Below are positions 48,877 to 57,378 of a stretch of 64,000 nucleotides of DNA, piece by piece (position 1 is the first letter of the stretch; every line of letters starts with the position of its first letter). This DNA comes from a virus (Duplodnaviria > Caudoviricetes). The notes beneath the pieces were generated by a model. It saw nothing but the letters and a program-made list of their open reading frames with translations, searched no databases and was not told the origin of the DNA. The stretch covers positions 21,025 through 85,024 of IMG/VR virus record IMGVR_UViG_3300037249_000287. The stretch is one strand, 5' to 3'. A program made the translations under genes and the position numbers.

Positions 48877-49860
48877 ATGGAGAACTACAAAGAAGACGTT
48901 ATCGCAACCAGAACAGGCAACGTAGGGTCAAGCGACTCCAAGATGTTGCAGCAAATTGCGGAACTTGGTCAAGTACCAACATCTGCAAAGAAACGACTTG
49001 CAATAGTCAAGGGATTTTGTGAGAACCCAAACATTACAACACCAGCAATGCGACTTGGTGACTACGTAGAACAAATGACGTTTGAAAGCCTACATAGCCA
49101 AGATGCACGATGGGAAAGCAACAAGTTCTTAAAGAGCGAAAAGTATTCACGAAAGAATTGTGGGTGCATCACACATATTGACTATTGGCTGCAAGATGAT
49201 GACAAGAAAGTTATCACCATTGGAGAACAAAAAGCAACGGTACGTAACTACCAGCAAGCTTACGATGAATATAAATTCCAAATCTATCATCATTATCTTT
49301 TGACAAAAGAATACGCCGACAAGATTGGTTATAAGGTAAACGTACTGTTCTGTGTGTATGACACAAACAGTATTGAGGACGGGCACGAATACGACCCATC
49401 ACGGCTTACGGTTAAGCAGTTAAGAATGCTTGAAAGGTTTTCTAAATACTACCATCTTTCGGATGCAATGGATATTGTAGACACGTTCCTTGAAAACTTC
49501 ACAGAGTTTTATGAAGACGAGGTAGATGGAAATCTGTTGCCTGAAAAAGTTAAAACTGAGTTTGACCAAGTAACCACATTCCTTGCAGAAATCAAGGAAA
49601 GAGAAAAGAAAGTCGAGGACTTTAAAAAGAAACTTACCGAATTTATGGTTTCTAAGGGCATCAAGGGCATAAAAACCGATGCGTGGGCAATTACACTGGT
49701 TAATGAATCCGAAAGCGTTAGCGTGGATTATAAGGCTATTTTCGCAAACGAAATAGAGGCTAAGAAACCACGTATCGCCAACAAGCTAAAAAAACAATAT
49801 AAGAAAGTTACCAAGAAGAAAGCTTACGTGATGATTAAAACAAAAGATAATAACGATTAA
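48877..49860 (+). CDS. Lambda-exonuclease/YqaJ-like exonuclease
   Basis: RTGNVGSSD...AMRLGDYVE...THIDY...GEQKA...QIYHH; partner of RecT. Confidence 0.7.
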   Translation: MENYKEDVIATRTGNVGSSDSKMLQQIAELGQVPTSAKKRLAIVKGFCENPNITTPAMRLGDYVEQMTFESLHSQDARWESNKFLKSEKYSRKNCGCITHIDYWLQDDDKKVITIGEQKATVRNYQQAYDEYKFQIYHHYLLTKEYADKIGYKVNVLFCVYDTNSIEDGHEYDPSRLTVKQLRMLERFSKYYHLSDAMDIVDTFLENFTEFYEDEVDGNLLPEKVKTEFDQVTTFLAEIKEREKKVEDFKKKLTEFMVSKGIKGIKTDAWAITLVNESESVSVDYKAIFANEIEAKKPRIANKLKKQYKKVTKKKAYVMIKTKDNND

Positions 49861-49871
49861 ACTTAAAGATT

Positions 49872-50672
49872 ATGGCAAACAACAATGTAGTAGCCCTTCG
49901 CGGGTATTTTAACAACGACACTTGCATGACCAATCTTCGTGCAATGTTAGGGCAAAAAGCACAGGGTTTTGTAACAAGCGTCCTGTCTGTAGTGAACAAT
50001 AACAAACTGCTGCAAAATGCAGAGCCAGCAACAGTGTATTCAAGCGCAATGGTGGCAGCATCTTTGGATTTGCCAATTCAGCCCAACCTTGGATTTGCTG
50101 CAATCGTTCCTTATGGTCGTCAGGCACAGTTCCAGATTATGACAAAAGGTCTGTTGCAACTCGCAATTCGTAGCGGCCAGTACGAGCGTGTTACCAACGC
50201 TGTTGTTCACAAAGGCGAATTGGTTAAATACGACCCTTTCAAAGACGAGTACGAGTTTGACGCATCCAAGCGCGAAAGTGACGAGGTTATTGGTTTCATG
50301 GCATACTTCCGTACCGTTGGCGGTTATGAAAAGTATTTCTACATGACAAAAGAAGAAGCACTTGCACACGGAAAGAAATACAGTAAGTCGTTTAACAACG
50401 GAGTATGGACTTCTGACCCAGACGCAATGTGCCTCAAGACTGTTTTAAAACTTTTGCTTTCAAAGTATGGAATCCTCTCTGTGGAGATGCAGCGTGCTAT
50501 CAAGTTCGACCAAGGTGTTGTTAAAGGCGACTTTTCTCAAATGGAAAGCGTTGAAGATATTGATGCAGTAGAAGTTGACTATGTTGACAATCCACAAAAT
50601 AGTGTTGATGAAAAGAAGGCCGCTAAAACAGCTGCGAAATTTGCTGATTTTGACAACACAGATAAAAAGTAA
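49872..50672 (+). CDS. recT: RecT-family single-strand annealing recombinase
   Basis: AASLDLPIQPNLGFAAIVPYG...QFQIMTKGLLQLAIRSGQY...DAMCLKTVLK. Confidence 0.9.
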   Translation: MANNNVVALRGYFNNDTCMTNLRAMLGQKAQGFVTSVLSVVNNNKLLQNAEPATVYSSAMVAASLDLPIQPNLGFAAIVPYGRQAQFQIMTKGLLQLAIRSGQYERVTNAVVHKGELVKYDPFKDEYEFDASKRESDEVIGFMAYFRTVGGYEKYFYMTKEEALAHGKKYSKSFNNGVWTSDPDAMCLKTVLKLLLSKYGILSVEMQRAIKFDQGVVKGDFSQMESVEDIDAVEVDYVDNPQNSVDEKKAAKTAAKFADFDNTDKK

Positions 50673-50678
50673 AGAACA

Positions 50679-51551
50679 ATGTCAAACATAGATATATTAC
50701 ATTCACACAGTGGTCTTGAACGAATACTGAACATTCCGAAGCATATAGTTCTTGTAGATGAAGAGTTTCGCGACAGATTCAACCATGATACGATTGAGGC
50801 TTTTAAATATAACGGCGTGGCTTATTATAAAGTCCCGACAATATCTTTTGTTAACAATGGTGGCATATTTAAAAACTTTGAAAGATGAGTGCATTTATTG
50901 ATAGTATAAAAAGTAAAAGAATAAAGATACACAATGATGAAGTTCGCAAACAAGCAAACAACTTGTTCCAAATAACTGAAAACAACGGTCGGTTATGGAT
51001 TACGTTTGATAACATACCATGCTTTCCGTGCGAGATGCTAAAGAAAGAACCCCTTGAAGCACTTGCTGAAATAAGGGAGTTATACGTTAAAAGAATGTCT
51101 TAACGCAAACTATAAGGGTGTGGCATCACACCATGCCCTTATCATATTTTAAAGTTATGAATAAAATTGAAACGTATTGCGAAGGTGTAGAATGTAGCAT
51201 CAGAAACCAGTGCCTACGATATACACATAGAATGCTTTTTAAAGACAAAGCCCACTTTAGGAAATGCAGGAATCAAAGAGCATATATGCAAGACGAAAAT
51301 AATGTTATTAAAAAATAGACGAAATGGCGGGGAATACAAATTGGGTGTTTAATCGAAGAATCGTAACCGACAGAGACAGCGATGCTCTTGAAGCAGCGAA
51401 ACGAATCGAACAAGAAAAAATTACAAACGGTTACAGATGGATAAAAATAAATGAAAAAAACAAGATACTTGTTCCTTGCAACGAGGATGGCAGTCCAACA
51501 AAAGAAGGCTTGAAAATAATGTCTTGTTTTAAAAAACACGTTGAAGCATAA
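50679..51551 (+). other. Small hypothetical genes (50679-50888, 50885-51103, about 51157-51318, 51324-51551)
   Basis: Packed ORFs. Confidence 0.5.
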
Positions 51552-51597
51552 TAAATAAAATATTGTTAATTATTTGGAATATTACAAATATTATTTA

Positions 51598-51605
51598 TAT
51601 CTTTG
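51598..51605 (+). promoter_or_regulatory. -7 promoter (TATCTTTG)
   Basis: TAnnTTTG-CAA upstream of 51630. Confidence 0.6.
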
Positions 51606-51629
51606 CAAAAAAAATAAAAAGAAACAAAT

Positions 51630-52166
51630 ATGATAGAGTTTGAAAAAGAAGTAATCGCGTACTTGAATCTTCCGTCAATGCCCAAGAAAGAATGGAATCA
51701 AACAGACTCCTTTCGATGTGGTGTTGCAGTTATAAACCTTTCACTTGGCCGACAGGCTTATGCCGTGTGTTCTTTCGACAAGGAAACAGACAAAGAACCA
51801 AGAATTACCAAGGTATTCGGCGTTGAGCCTTTTGGAAGTATAGACAAAGTGTTTGTCGTTCCAGCGTACATGGACAACGACACAACAGACGTAGACCTTG
51901 ACGGCGAGTCGAAAAAGCGTGCAGAGCAGCTTGCAGAAGAGGCAAAGGAACTTGAAAATCAAGGGACAGTAGATGAAGCAATCGAAGATGCTAACAAACT
52001 ACCAGAATGGATTTTTCCCGAAATCAACAACATCGAAGAGGCGCAGGCATACCTGCGTGAATACAATCGTATCAACCGAATCAAGAAAGGCAAGATTCCA
52101 ACAAACGAAGAGACAATTAAAATGCGCTTGTACAACATCTATATGAGCAACAAGAATCGCAAATAA
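51630..52166 (+). CDS. Hypothetical protein
   Basis: 178 aa. Confidence 0.65.
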   Translation: MIEFEKEVIAYLNLPSMPKKEWNQTDSFRCGVAVINLSLGRQAYAVCSFDKETDKEPRITKVFGVEPFGSIDKVFVVPAYMDNDTTDVDLDGESKKRAEQLAEEAKELENQGTVDEAIEDANKLPEWIFPEINNIEEAQAYLREYNRINRIKKGKIPTNEETIKMRLYNIYMSNKNRK

Positions 52167-52318
52167 AGTATGGACTGGGAACTTCACAAACTAAGGGCAT
52201 GGGCTGCTGTATTAAATGACGTTCTAAAAGAATATCCAACAGCAACAATATCATGCGCGGTCAAACAAATAGAATCACGAATAAATCACATCGAATCAAC
52301 AAACAACGAATAAAGTTT

Positions 52319-52987
52319 ATGGAACAAAAGAAAAAACTCACAAACGCACAATTACAAAAGCGTATTGAAAATGCCATTGTGTTTGTGCCAAAGACAAAAG
52401 ACACAATCAGTATCTTTTTCAGCGACAAGGGTGTCAGGCTTGTTGCTGATAGTGATGGGTGTGTTATTGAAACGAACTATCACCGCCACGTCTTTTCAAA
52501 CATAACCTCATCTGGAGTGTCAAGACCCTATCTTTACACAAAACGCATTATCGAAATTGCAAACGATAATCTTGAGGCAATCAAGACGGAAAGCGGGTAT
52601 TCTTACCAGCGTTTGATTGATGTTCTGAAAGAAAAGGAAGATAAGTCGGAATACAACATCGTTGTGTACTACGAATGGTGGCTGATGGTAATCTTTGATG
52701 GTCTTTACAGTATATCCGAGGACGAAGTTAGTTCTTGGCTTGTGTACTTCAAGTACATAAACATTCTTGCCACAAACAGCATCATACTTGAAGAGCACAA
52801 GGAAGATGTTACTAACAAACAATTTGTAGAACAGTTCATTTCTCGCATCAAGGAATTTACAGACAATTTGGAAGAGCGCGTACTGTTCCACAAAAAGACA
52901 GATGAACAGGTTATACAGGAAGAGATTGCCGCTATTCAAGAACAGGAACAGAATGATGCGATGGAGGCGCAAACGGATGCAAATTAA
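52319..52987 (+). CDS. Hypothetical protein
   Basis: Acidic C-terminus; start moved to ATG 52319. Confidence 0.6.
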   Translation: MEQKKKLTNAQLQKRIENAIVFVPKTKDTISIFFSDKGVRLVADSDGCVIETNYHRHVFSNITSSGVSRPYLYTKRIIEIANDNLEAIKTESGYSYQRLIDVLKEKEDKSEYNIVVYYEWWLMVIFDGLYSISEDEVSSWLVYFKYINILATNSIILEEHKEDVTNKQFVEQFISRIKEFTDNLEERVLFHKKTDEQVIQEEIAAIQEQEQNDAMEAQTDAN

Positions 52988-53471
52988 GATTAAACTAAAT
53001 GGTGGCATTATGCCGACCAAAGGTTCTGAGTTTGCTGCCGCATACGACTTATACACACCAGATGACATCGAACTAAAATACGGGAGGCAGGTTATAGACC
53101 TGAAGTTCTCTATCGAACTACCTCACGGTTGTGCAGCAATTATTCAACCAAGAAGCGGCTTTACATGCAAAGGTATGCCAGTTCATTCAATGATTCGCCA
53201 TTGGTGGTTTATGCTATTTGGTGTTTTCAGCAAGGGAAGACGTGTTAATGCGGATGTTGTCGTTGGGTTGGTTGACGAAGATTATAGAGATAATGTAGGG
53301 GCTTTGGTTAAGTCCAATCATCTTCCTATATTCAGAAAAGCAATTATTACAAAAGGTACTCGCATTGCACAAATGAGAATTGTACAAGTTCCAGACACAG
53401 AAATAATGGAAGTTGAAGAACTTGATATGACCAAAAATCGTGGAGGTGGATATGGCTCAAGTGGGAAGTAA
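52977..53471 (+). CDS. dut: Trimeric dUTPase with an insertion
   Basis: AAAYDL, IQPRSG, GLVDEDYR, RIAQM and RGGGYGSSG motifs. Confidence 0.9.
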   Translation: MQIKIKLNGGIMPTKGSEFAAAYDLYTPDDIELKYGRQVIDLKFSIELPHGCAAIIQPRSGFTCKGMPVHSMIRHWWFMLFGVFSKGRRVNADVVVGLVDEDYRDNVGALVKSNHLPIFRKAIITKGTRIAQMRIVQVPDTEIMEVEELDMTKNRGGGYGSSGK

Positions 53472-53637
53472 TATAAATAAAAGCAATTACGACTGGGTTA
53501 GCGTCAGCGAGTATGCAAAAATGCTTGGAAAGTCAAAGCAGACCGTCTATAACATGGTCAAGGCAAACAAACTTGAATCCAAGCAATTTAAGCGCGGCTC
53601 AATGATTGGATTGCTTATTAAATGCGAAAGGATATGA
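53440..53637 (+). CDS. Small MerR/excisionase-type HTH protein
   Basis: WVSVSEYAKMLGKSKQTVYNMVKANKL. Confidence 0.65.
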   Translation: MEVDMAQVGSNINKSNYDWVSVSEYAKMLGKSKQTVYNMVKANKLESKQFKRGSMIGLLIKCERI

Positions 53638-54035
53638 ACAAGGCACATAAAGAACTCTTGAAAAAGAACTACGAGAATGCTTGCAACTCGTACCTAAAGG
53701 CACTTACAGATGCTTGGGAATGGGATGTTGACTCATACGGATTCTGGATTGCTGATTGCGTTGGCGAAACATTCTCCTATGGCGACAATATGTTTATTGA
53801 TATGCAGGACATAATTTTTTGCGTTGAAAATGATGTCAAAGAAGATGAATACGAGGAATGGCAAGAATACTGTCTGTTTGCCCACGAATACAACCAGAAT
53901 ATACCGAATTTCAAAGCTTGGCATAAAGGTTGTCCAAGACTGTCGAAAGAAGAACAGAAACATCTTGTAAGTTTGAAAGAAACGTTCGACAAAGCTATTA
54001 AGGATTACATTGACAATACAACTATAAATTATTAA
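53622..54035 (+). CDS. Hypothetical protein
   Basis: 137 aa, acidic/aromatic. Confidence 0.6.
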   Translation: MRKDMNKAHKELLKKNYENACNSYLKALTDAWEWDVDSYGFWIADCVGETFSYGDNMFIDMQDIIFCVENDVKEDEYEEWQEYCLFAHEYNQNIPNFKAWHKGCPRLSKEEQKHLVSLKETFDKAIKDYIDNTTINY

Positions 54036-54040
54036 TTGCT

Positions 54041-54328
54041 ATGGTATCAAGAACTGCAAAATATTATCATACGCATCCAGCCGCACGAAAGAAGAAGGCT
54101 GAGTATGACAAGAAATTTAACGAGAAAAAAGAACAGCGCGAAAAGCGCGTTGAGTTAGTTCAGCATAACCGCGAGCACGACAAGAAATACGGCAAGGCAT
54201 CACGCGCAGGCAAGGATGCAAGCCACACGAAGAACGGAATAGTCTACAAGAAGTCTTCAGTAAACCGTGGCTCAAAGTCTGATACCGCAGGTGACCGCAG
54301 AGCACGCGGAAGTAAAAAGAAGAAATAA
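54041..54328 (+). CDS. Very basic small protein, possibly a degenerate His-Me finger
   Basis: GKDASHTKNG...SSVNRG; Lys/Arg-rich. Confidence 0.5.
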   Translation: MVSRTAKYYHTHPAARKKKAEYDKKFNEKKEQREKRVELVQHNREHDKKYGKASRAGKDASHTKNGIVYKKSSVNRGSKSDTAGDRRARGSKKKK

Positions 54329-54487
54329 TAATCTTACTTAGGTTTCATTATTCAATAATGTTTTTGATTAATACTTTGCTAACTGAAAACTTGTGAAAGG
54401 TAGTAGGTTTCATTTTTCCTTGTTAGTAATTAAATTTTTATGACTAACTTTTAGCCAAGGCGTTGTGAAATGTAGTAGGCTATTTTA

Positions 54488-54598
54488 GGAGGGTTGGCTG
54501 AGTGGTCGAAAGCAAACGGTGGATTATTATGCGTCTCAAATTTTTTCAATAATTCATCGTGGTGCACAACATCGTAGGTTCGAATCCTACACCCTCCG
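54488..54598 (+). tRNA. tRNA-Ser-like RNA with the anticodon arm replaced by a 13-bp hairpin and 19-nt loop
   Basis: Acceptor GGAGGGT/ACCCTCC plus G73; D-arm GCT-GAGTGGTCGAA-AGC; variable arm GGTG/CATC; T-arm GTAGG-TTCGAAT-CCTAC; no canonical anticodon loop; 3' end CAA. Confidence 0.75.
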
Positions 54599-54722
54599 CA
54601 ACACGGCGGTAGACGTACCGCAAGTCACTTGCAAGGCTTTGTCATTTGCATACTGGCGACAAGCCCACGAGTATCTACACGGACTGCGTGGGCACTTTAA
54701 AAAGATTAAAAGTATTAAGCGT

Positions 54723-54893
54723 ATGAGAACATTTATCATTGCAGTTTTACCAGTGCTTGCCTTGTTGGTTGGAGTGCTCTGGTTGGTATATGGCAGTTTT
54801 TTGATTGGATTGTTGTGCGTATTTGCGGCTTCTTTTATTGCTACTCTCATATTTCTGTGGGTAACTTTTGTTGTAAACCATTTTAATAATTGA
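54723..54893 (+). CDS. Small two-TM membrane protein
   Basis: 56 aa hydrophobic; the track ORF's N-terminal extension runs through the tRNA and is spurious. Confidence 0.55.
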   Translation: MRTFIIAVLPVLALLVGVLWLVYGSFLIGLLCVFAASFIATLIFLWVTFVVNHFNN

Positions 54894-55084
54894 TGATTTA
54901 TGGCACAACAAACAAAGAAAAGAAAGCGAAAGGTTAGGCGCAAAGTGCGGATTACACAGAAAGCCCGCATACAGAAAAAGGATAGCGTACAGAACGATAC
55001 CCTTAGACGTGATACGTTGCCAAGAATGAAAGCGCAAATGCCACGTTCTAATGGAATAGTATTCAAAGTAAAGGTTAAACGCAA

Positions 55085-55489
55085 GTGATAACAACTTTTC
55101 GAAGGTTACTTATACAACTTGGCAAGACATTGCCATTCGTATTGTGTGTAGCAATCTTGGTTTTGTACATTGAAACAGTGTTTAATTTGGCTACAAGCCA
55201 CTTTCTATACCTCGATGGTGTAGTTATACCCAACACACCCATTTCGTTTGTTGTGGGGCAAATTTTTGAATACGATTTATTAGTGTGTTGTATAATGCTT
55301 ACAATGAGTATTGCAATAGAGGCTTGCAAGTGGAATCTATGGACTACGTTTTACGTCTTTGCGCATATTGCCGAAAAATACTACTTTGACTTTGAACTTG
55401 AACCGACAACAATATATATCATCTGCATTGCTAACATTATCATTGCAGGGTATCTAACGTACAAAGGAATTAGAATATTATTAAAATGA
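55085..55489 (+). CDS. Multi-pass membrane protein
   Basis: 134 aa with about 4 hydrophobic segments. Confidence 0.6.
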   Translation: MITTFRRLLIQLGKTLPFVLCVAILVLYIETVFNLATSHFLYLDGVVIPNTPISFVVGQIFEYDLLVCCIMLTMSIAIEACKWNLWTTFYVFAHIAEKYYFDFELEPTTIYIICIANIIIAGYLTYKGIRILLK

Positions 55490-55905
55490 AAGTAGAAATA
55501 AAAAGCGGTTTTACACTGTGGATTTCATTCATAGACGTAAAACGTAAAGAACAAATTGCATTAGCAATATACAACAAAGAAAAACAGTGCTATGTAGGGC
55601 GCGTAAAAAAGCAAGTACAAGACTTGTTTGAAAACCAAGTTGACGAGTTTACTTACAAAAAAGACGCAAAAGAATGGGATATTGCCAGAGACTTAAAACA
55701 AAGAATTGAAAAACTATACGGCAAGGTTACATATATAGACAACACCTTTCGATGGCCGATGTCTAAAAACAAAATTGATGAATGGGAATTGCAATACCAA
55801 AGAAGCGTACAAAGCAACAAGAAACATTGGGAAGAAGAACGCGCAAAATTGGAATTTGCAAGAAAATTCATAAACCCTATAACTGGAAAACAACCAAAAA
55901 AGTAA
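55486..55905 (+). CDS. Hypothetical protein
   Basis: 139 aa. Confidence 0.55.
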   Translation: MKVEIKSGFTLWISFIDVKRKEQIALAIYNKEKQCYVGRVKKQVQDLFENQVDEFTYKKDAKEWDIARDLKQRIEKLYGKVTYIDNTFRWPMSKNKIDEWELQYQRSVQSNKKHWEEERAKLEFARKFINPITGKQPKK

Positions 55906-55967
55906 CTATTTTCTTAAAAAGTGCAAAATAATTTGGAATATATAAAAAGTATATGTACCTTTGCAAC

Positions 55968-56087
55968 GTAATCATTAGGGAAGAAGTGATTGCAGACATA
56001 TTGAAACAAAGGTACAAGTTCATATAAACGACACCAAAGTCCCTGCATACCCGCTCTTCCCTTTAAGGTTGCAGGGATTCGTCGTTT
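55968..56087 (+). ncRNA. Kissing-loop RNA (class B variant) with no gene directly downstream
   Basis: Promoter TACCTTTG 55956-55963. GTAATCATT-AGGGAAGA-AGTGATTGC kisses TCTTCCCT (56055-62) in the TCCCTGCA/TGCAGGGA stem; outer stem AAACGAC/GTCGTTT. Confidence 0.65.
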
Positions 56088-56468
56088 TTTACGACTTTTG
56101 CGAATAGTTCCATCCGTTGCCACTAAAGAGCAAGTAAAATCCAAAAGACAAAAAGCACCGTAAAACAAAGTCATTGCAGATGCGTCATCTACATGGTCAG
56201 GTTCAAAAGTCCCGCTCTGTGCGCAATCCTCACAACGGGCGACTTACAAATAAAATCCACCGAACAGTATTTGACGTAAACGAAAAAGAAGACCAAATTG
56301 GGTGTGTAAGGGACGGAAGTGCTGCATTGGCTTGGGCTAAATTTAGGTCAAACAACCTAATTCTTAGTCAATCCCTTAAAAACCATACCGCCGCTAATAA
56401 GTGTGGTTGGGTGTGTAAGGGAATAAAGGATTTAGTGTCTGTATATTAAATTTGATAAAAATACGATT

Positions 56469-56939
56469 ATGAATGACATCGTTATCAACAACAGCAAAGT
56501 CTGGATTACACGTCAAAAGACGGTCAAAAACAGACTAAGAAAACAAAAAGAAATCGTTGACAGACCAACGTGGTATAAGATGATTAAATTTGGAGGTTGG
56601 CGGTTCTATATCACAAAGAACATACGATTAAAGCGTAGGAACAGGCGTGATGATTTAGACAGCATATTTAATCGTAGAGACTTTCGCAAGCATTGTTATG
56701 AACGTAGCGGACATAAATGTGAGATATGCGGCAAGGAAATTGCTTGGGAACAAAACGAGTTGCACCACATCTTACCTTTGCACAGATTCCCTCAGTTTGC
56801 TATGGACGAACGCAACATGCAATGTCTTTGCCATTCATGCCACAAGGGTATTCACTGCGACCCATACAAAACAATAAAGCAAATGGAACAAAAAGCAAAA
56901 GAACTTAATATAAACCTTAAAGATTATTTTGAAGTATGA
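56469..56939 (+). CDS. Zn-finger HNH endonuclease
   Basis: CEICG...ELHHILP...NMQCLCHSCHKGIH; Arg-rich N-terminal region. Confidence 0.85.
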   Translation: MNDIVINNSKVWITRQKTVKNRLRKQKEIVDRPTWYKMIKFGGWRFYITKNIRLKRRNRRDDLDSIFNRRDFRKHCYERSGHKCEICGKEIAWEQNELHHILPLHRFPQFAMDERNMQCLCHSCHKGIHCDPYKTIKQMEQKAKELNINLKDYFEV

Positions 56940-57370
56940 CTGCAATTCAAATTAGTAACAATGTAACAAGCATTATGGAACTACCTTGCGTCTTTAGTTG
57001 TCACAAAATGGCAAACGATGAACTTGAATATCTCTTGTATGATTGGGATGATAAAGGGCAATATGTCAGAGCACACAAAGGCGACTGGATAGTAGAAGAA
57101 AACGGAAAATATTGTGTACTAACAGACAAAGAATATGGAAAGTTATGAAAAACTAAGAATGACAAGAAAGTTAATGTCACTGCCAGTAAGCGACATCGGG
57201 CACGCCGTTAACGAAATCAACAAACAGCGTTTTGTTGTTTGGTCAATGAAAAATACCGCGAATAAAATTAAAATCCAAAGGATGAAGAAACTTCTGGCTT
57301 AATGAATATTTCTTAACTTAACTTTTTATAAAAAGTAAGCGAAATGTTTGGAGGTATAAATAAAAATAAC

Positions 57371-57378
57371 TAACTTTG
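57371..57378 (+). promoter_or_regulatory. -7 promoter (TAACTTTG) for tRNA-Gln and dnaN
   Basis: TAnnTTTG-CAA. Confidence 0.65.

Noticed and set aside
54521-54555. Canonical tRNA intron or a selenocysteine/suppressor tRNA
   Set aside because: No excision I could find restores a Y32-U33-NNN-R37 loop on the ACGGT/ATCGT stem; there is no bulge-helix-bulge or group I core, and no UCA/CUA anticodon in position.
54605-54693. Twister, hammerhead or theta (HDV-like) ribozyme
   Set aside because: GACAAGCCC resembles twister L4, but the matching pseudoknot partner and the UAA cleavage strand are missing. There is no CUGANGA/GAAA core and no nested P1-P2-P3 HDV order. Kept only as an unclassified structured RNA.
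54519-54722. N-terminal extension of ORF 54519-54893
   Set aside because: It overlaps the tRNA-like gene and structured RNA; the hydrophobic protein starts at ATG 54723.
56174-56449. 91-aa ORF as a real gene
   Set aside because: TTG start, no A-rich initiation region, no recognisable motif, and it overlaps the repeat/hairpin structure. It cannot be fully excluded.
56469-56939. IscB/Cas9-like or TnpB RNA-guided nuclease
   Set aside because: Only 156 aa, with no RuvC motifs or PLMP domain.
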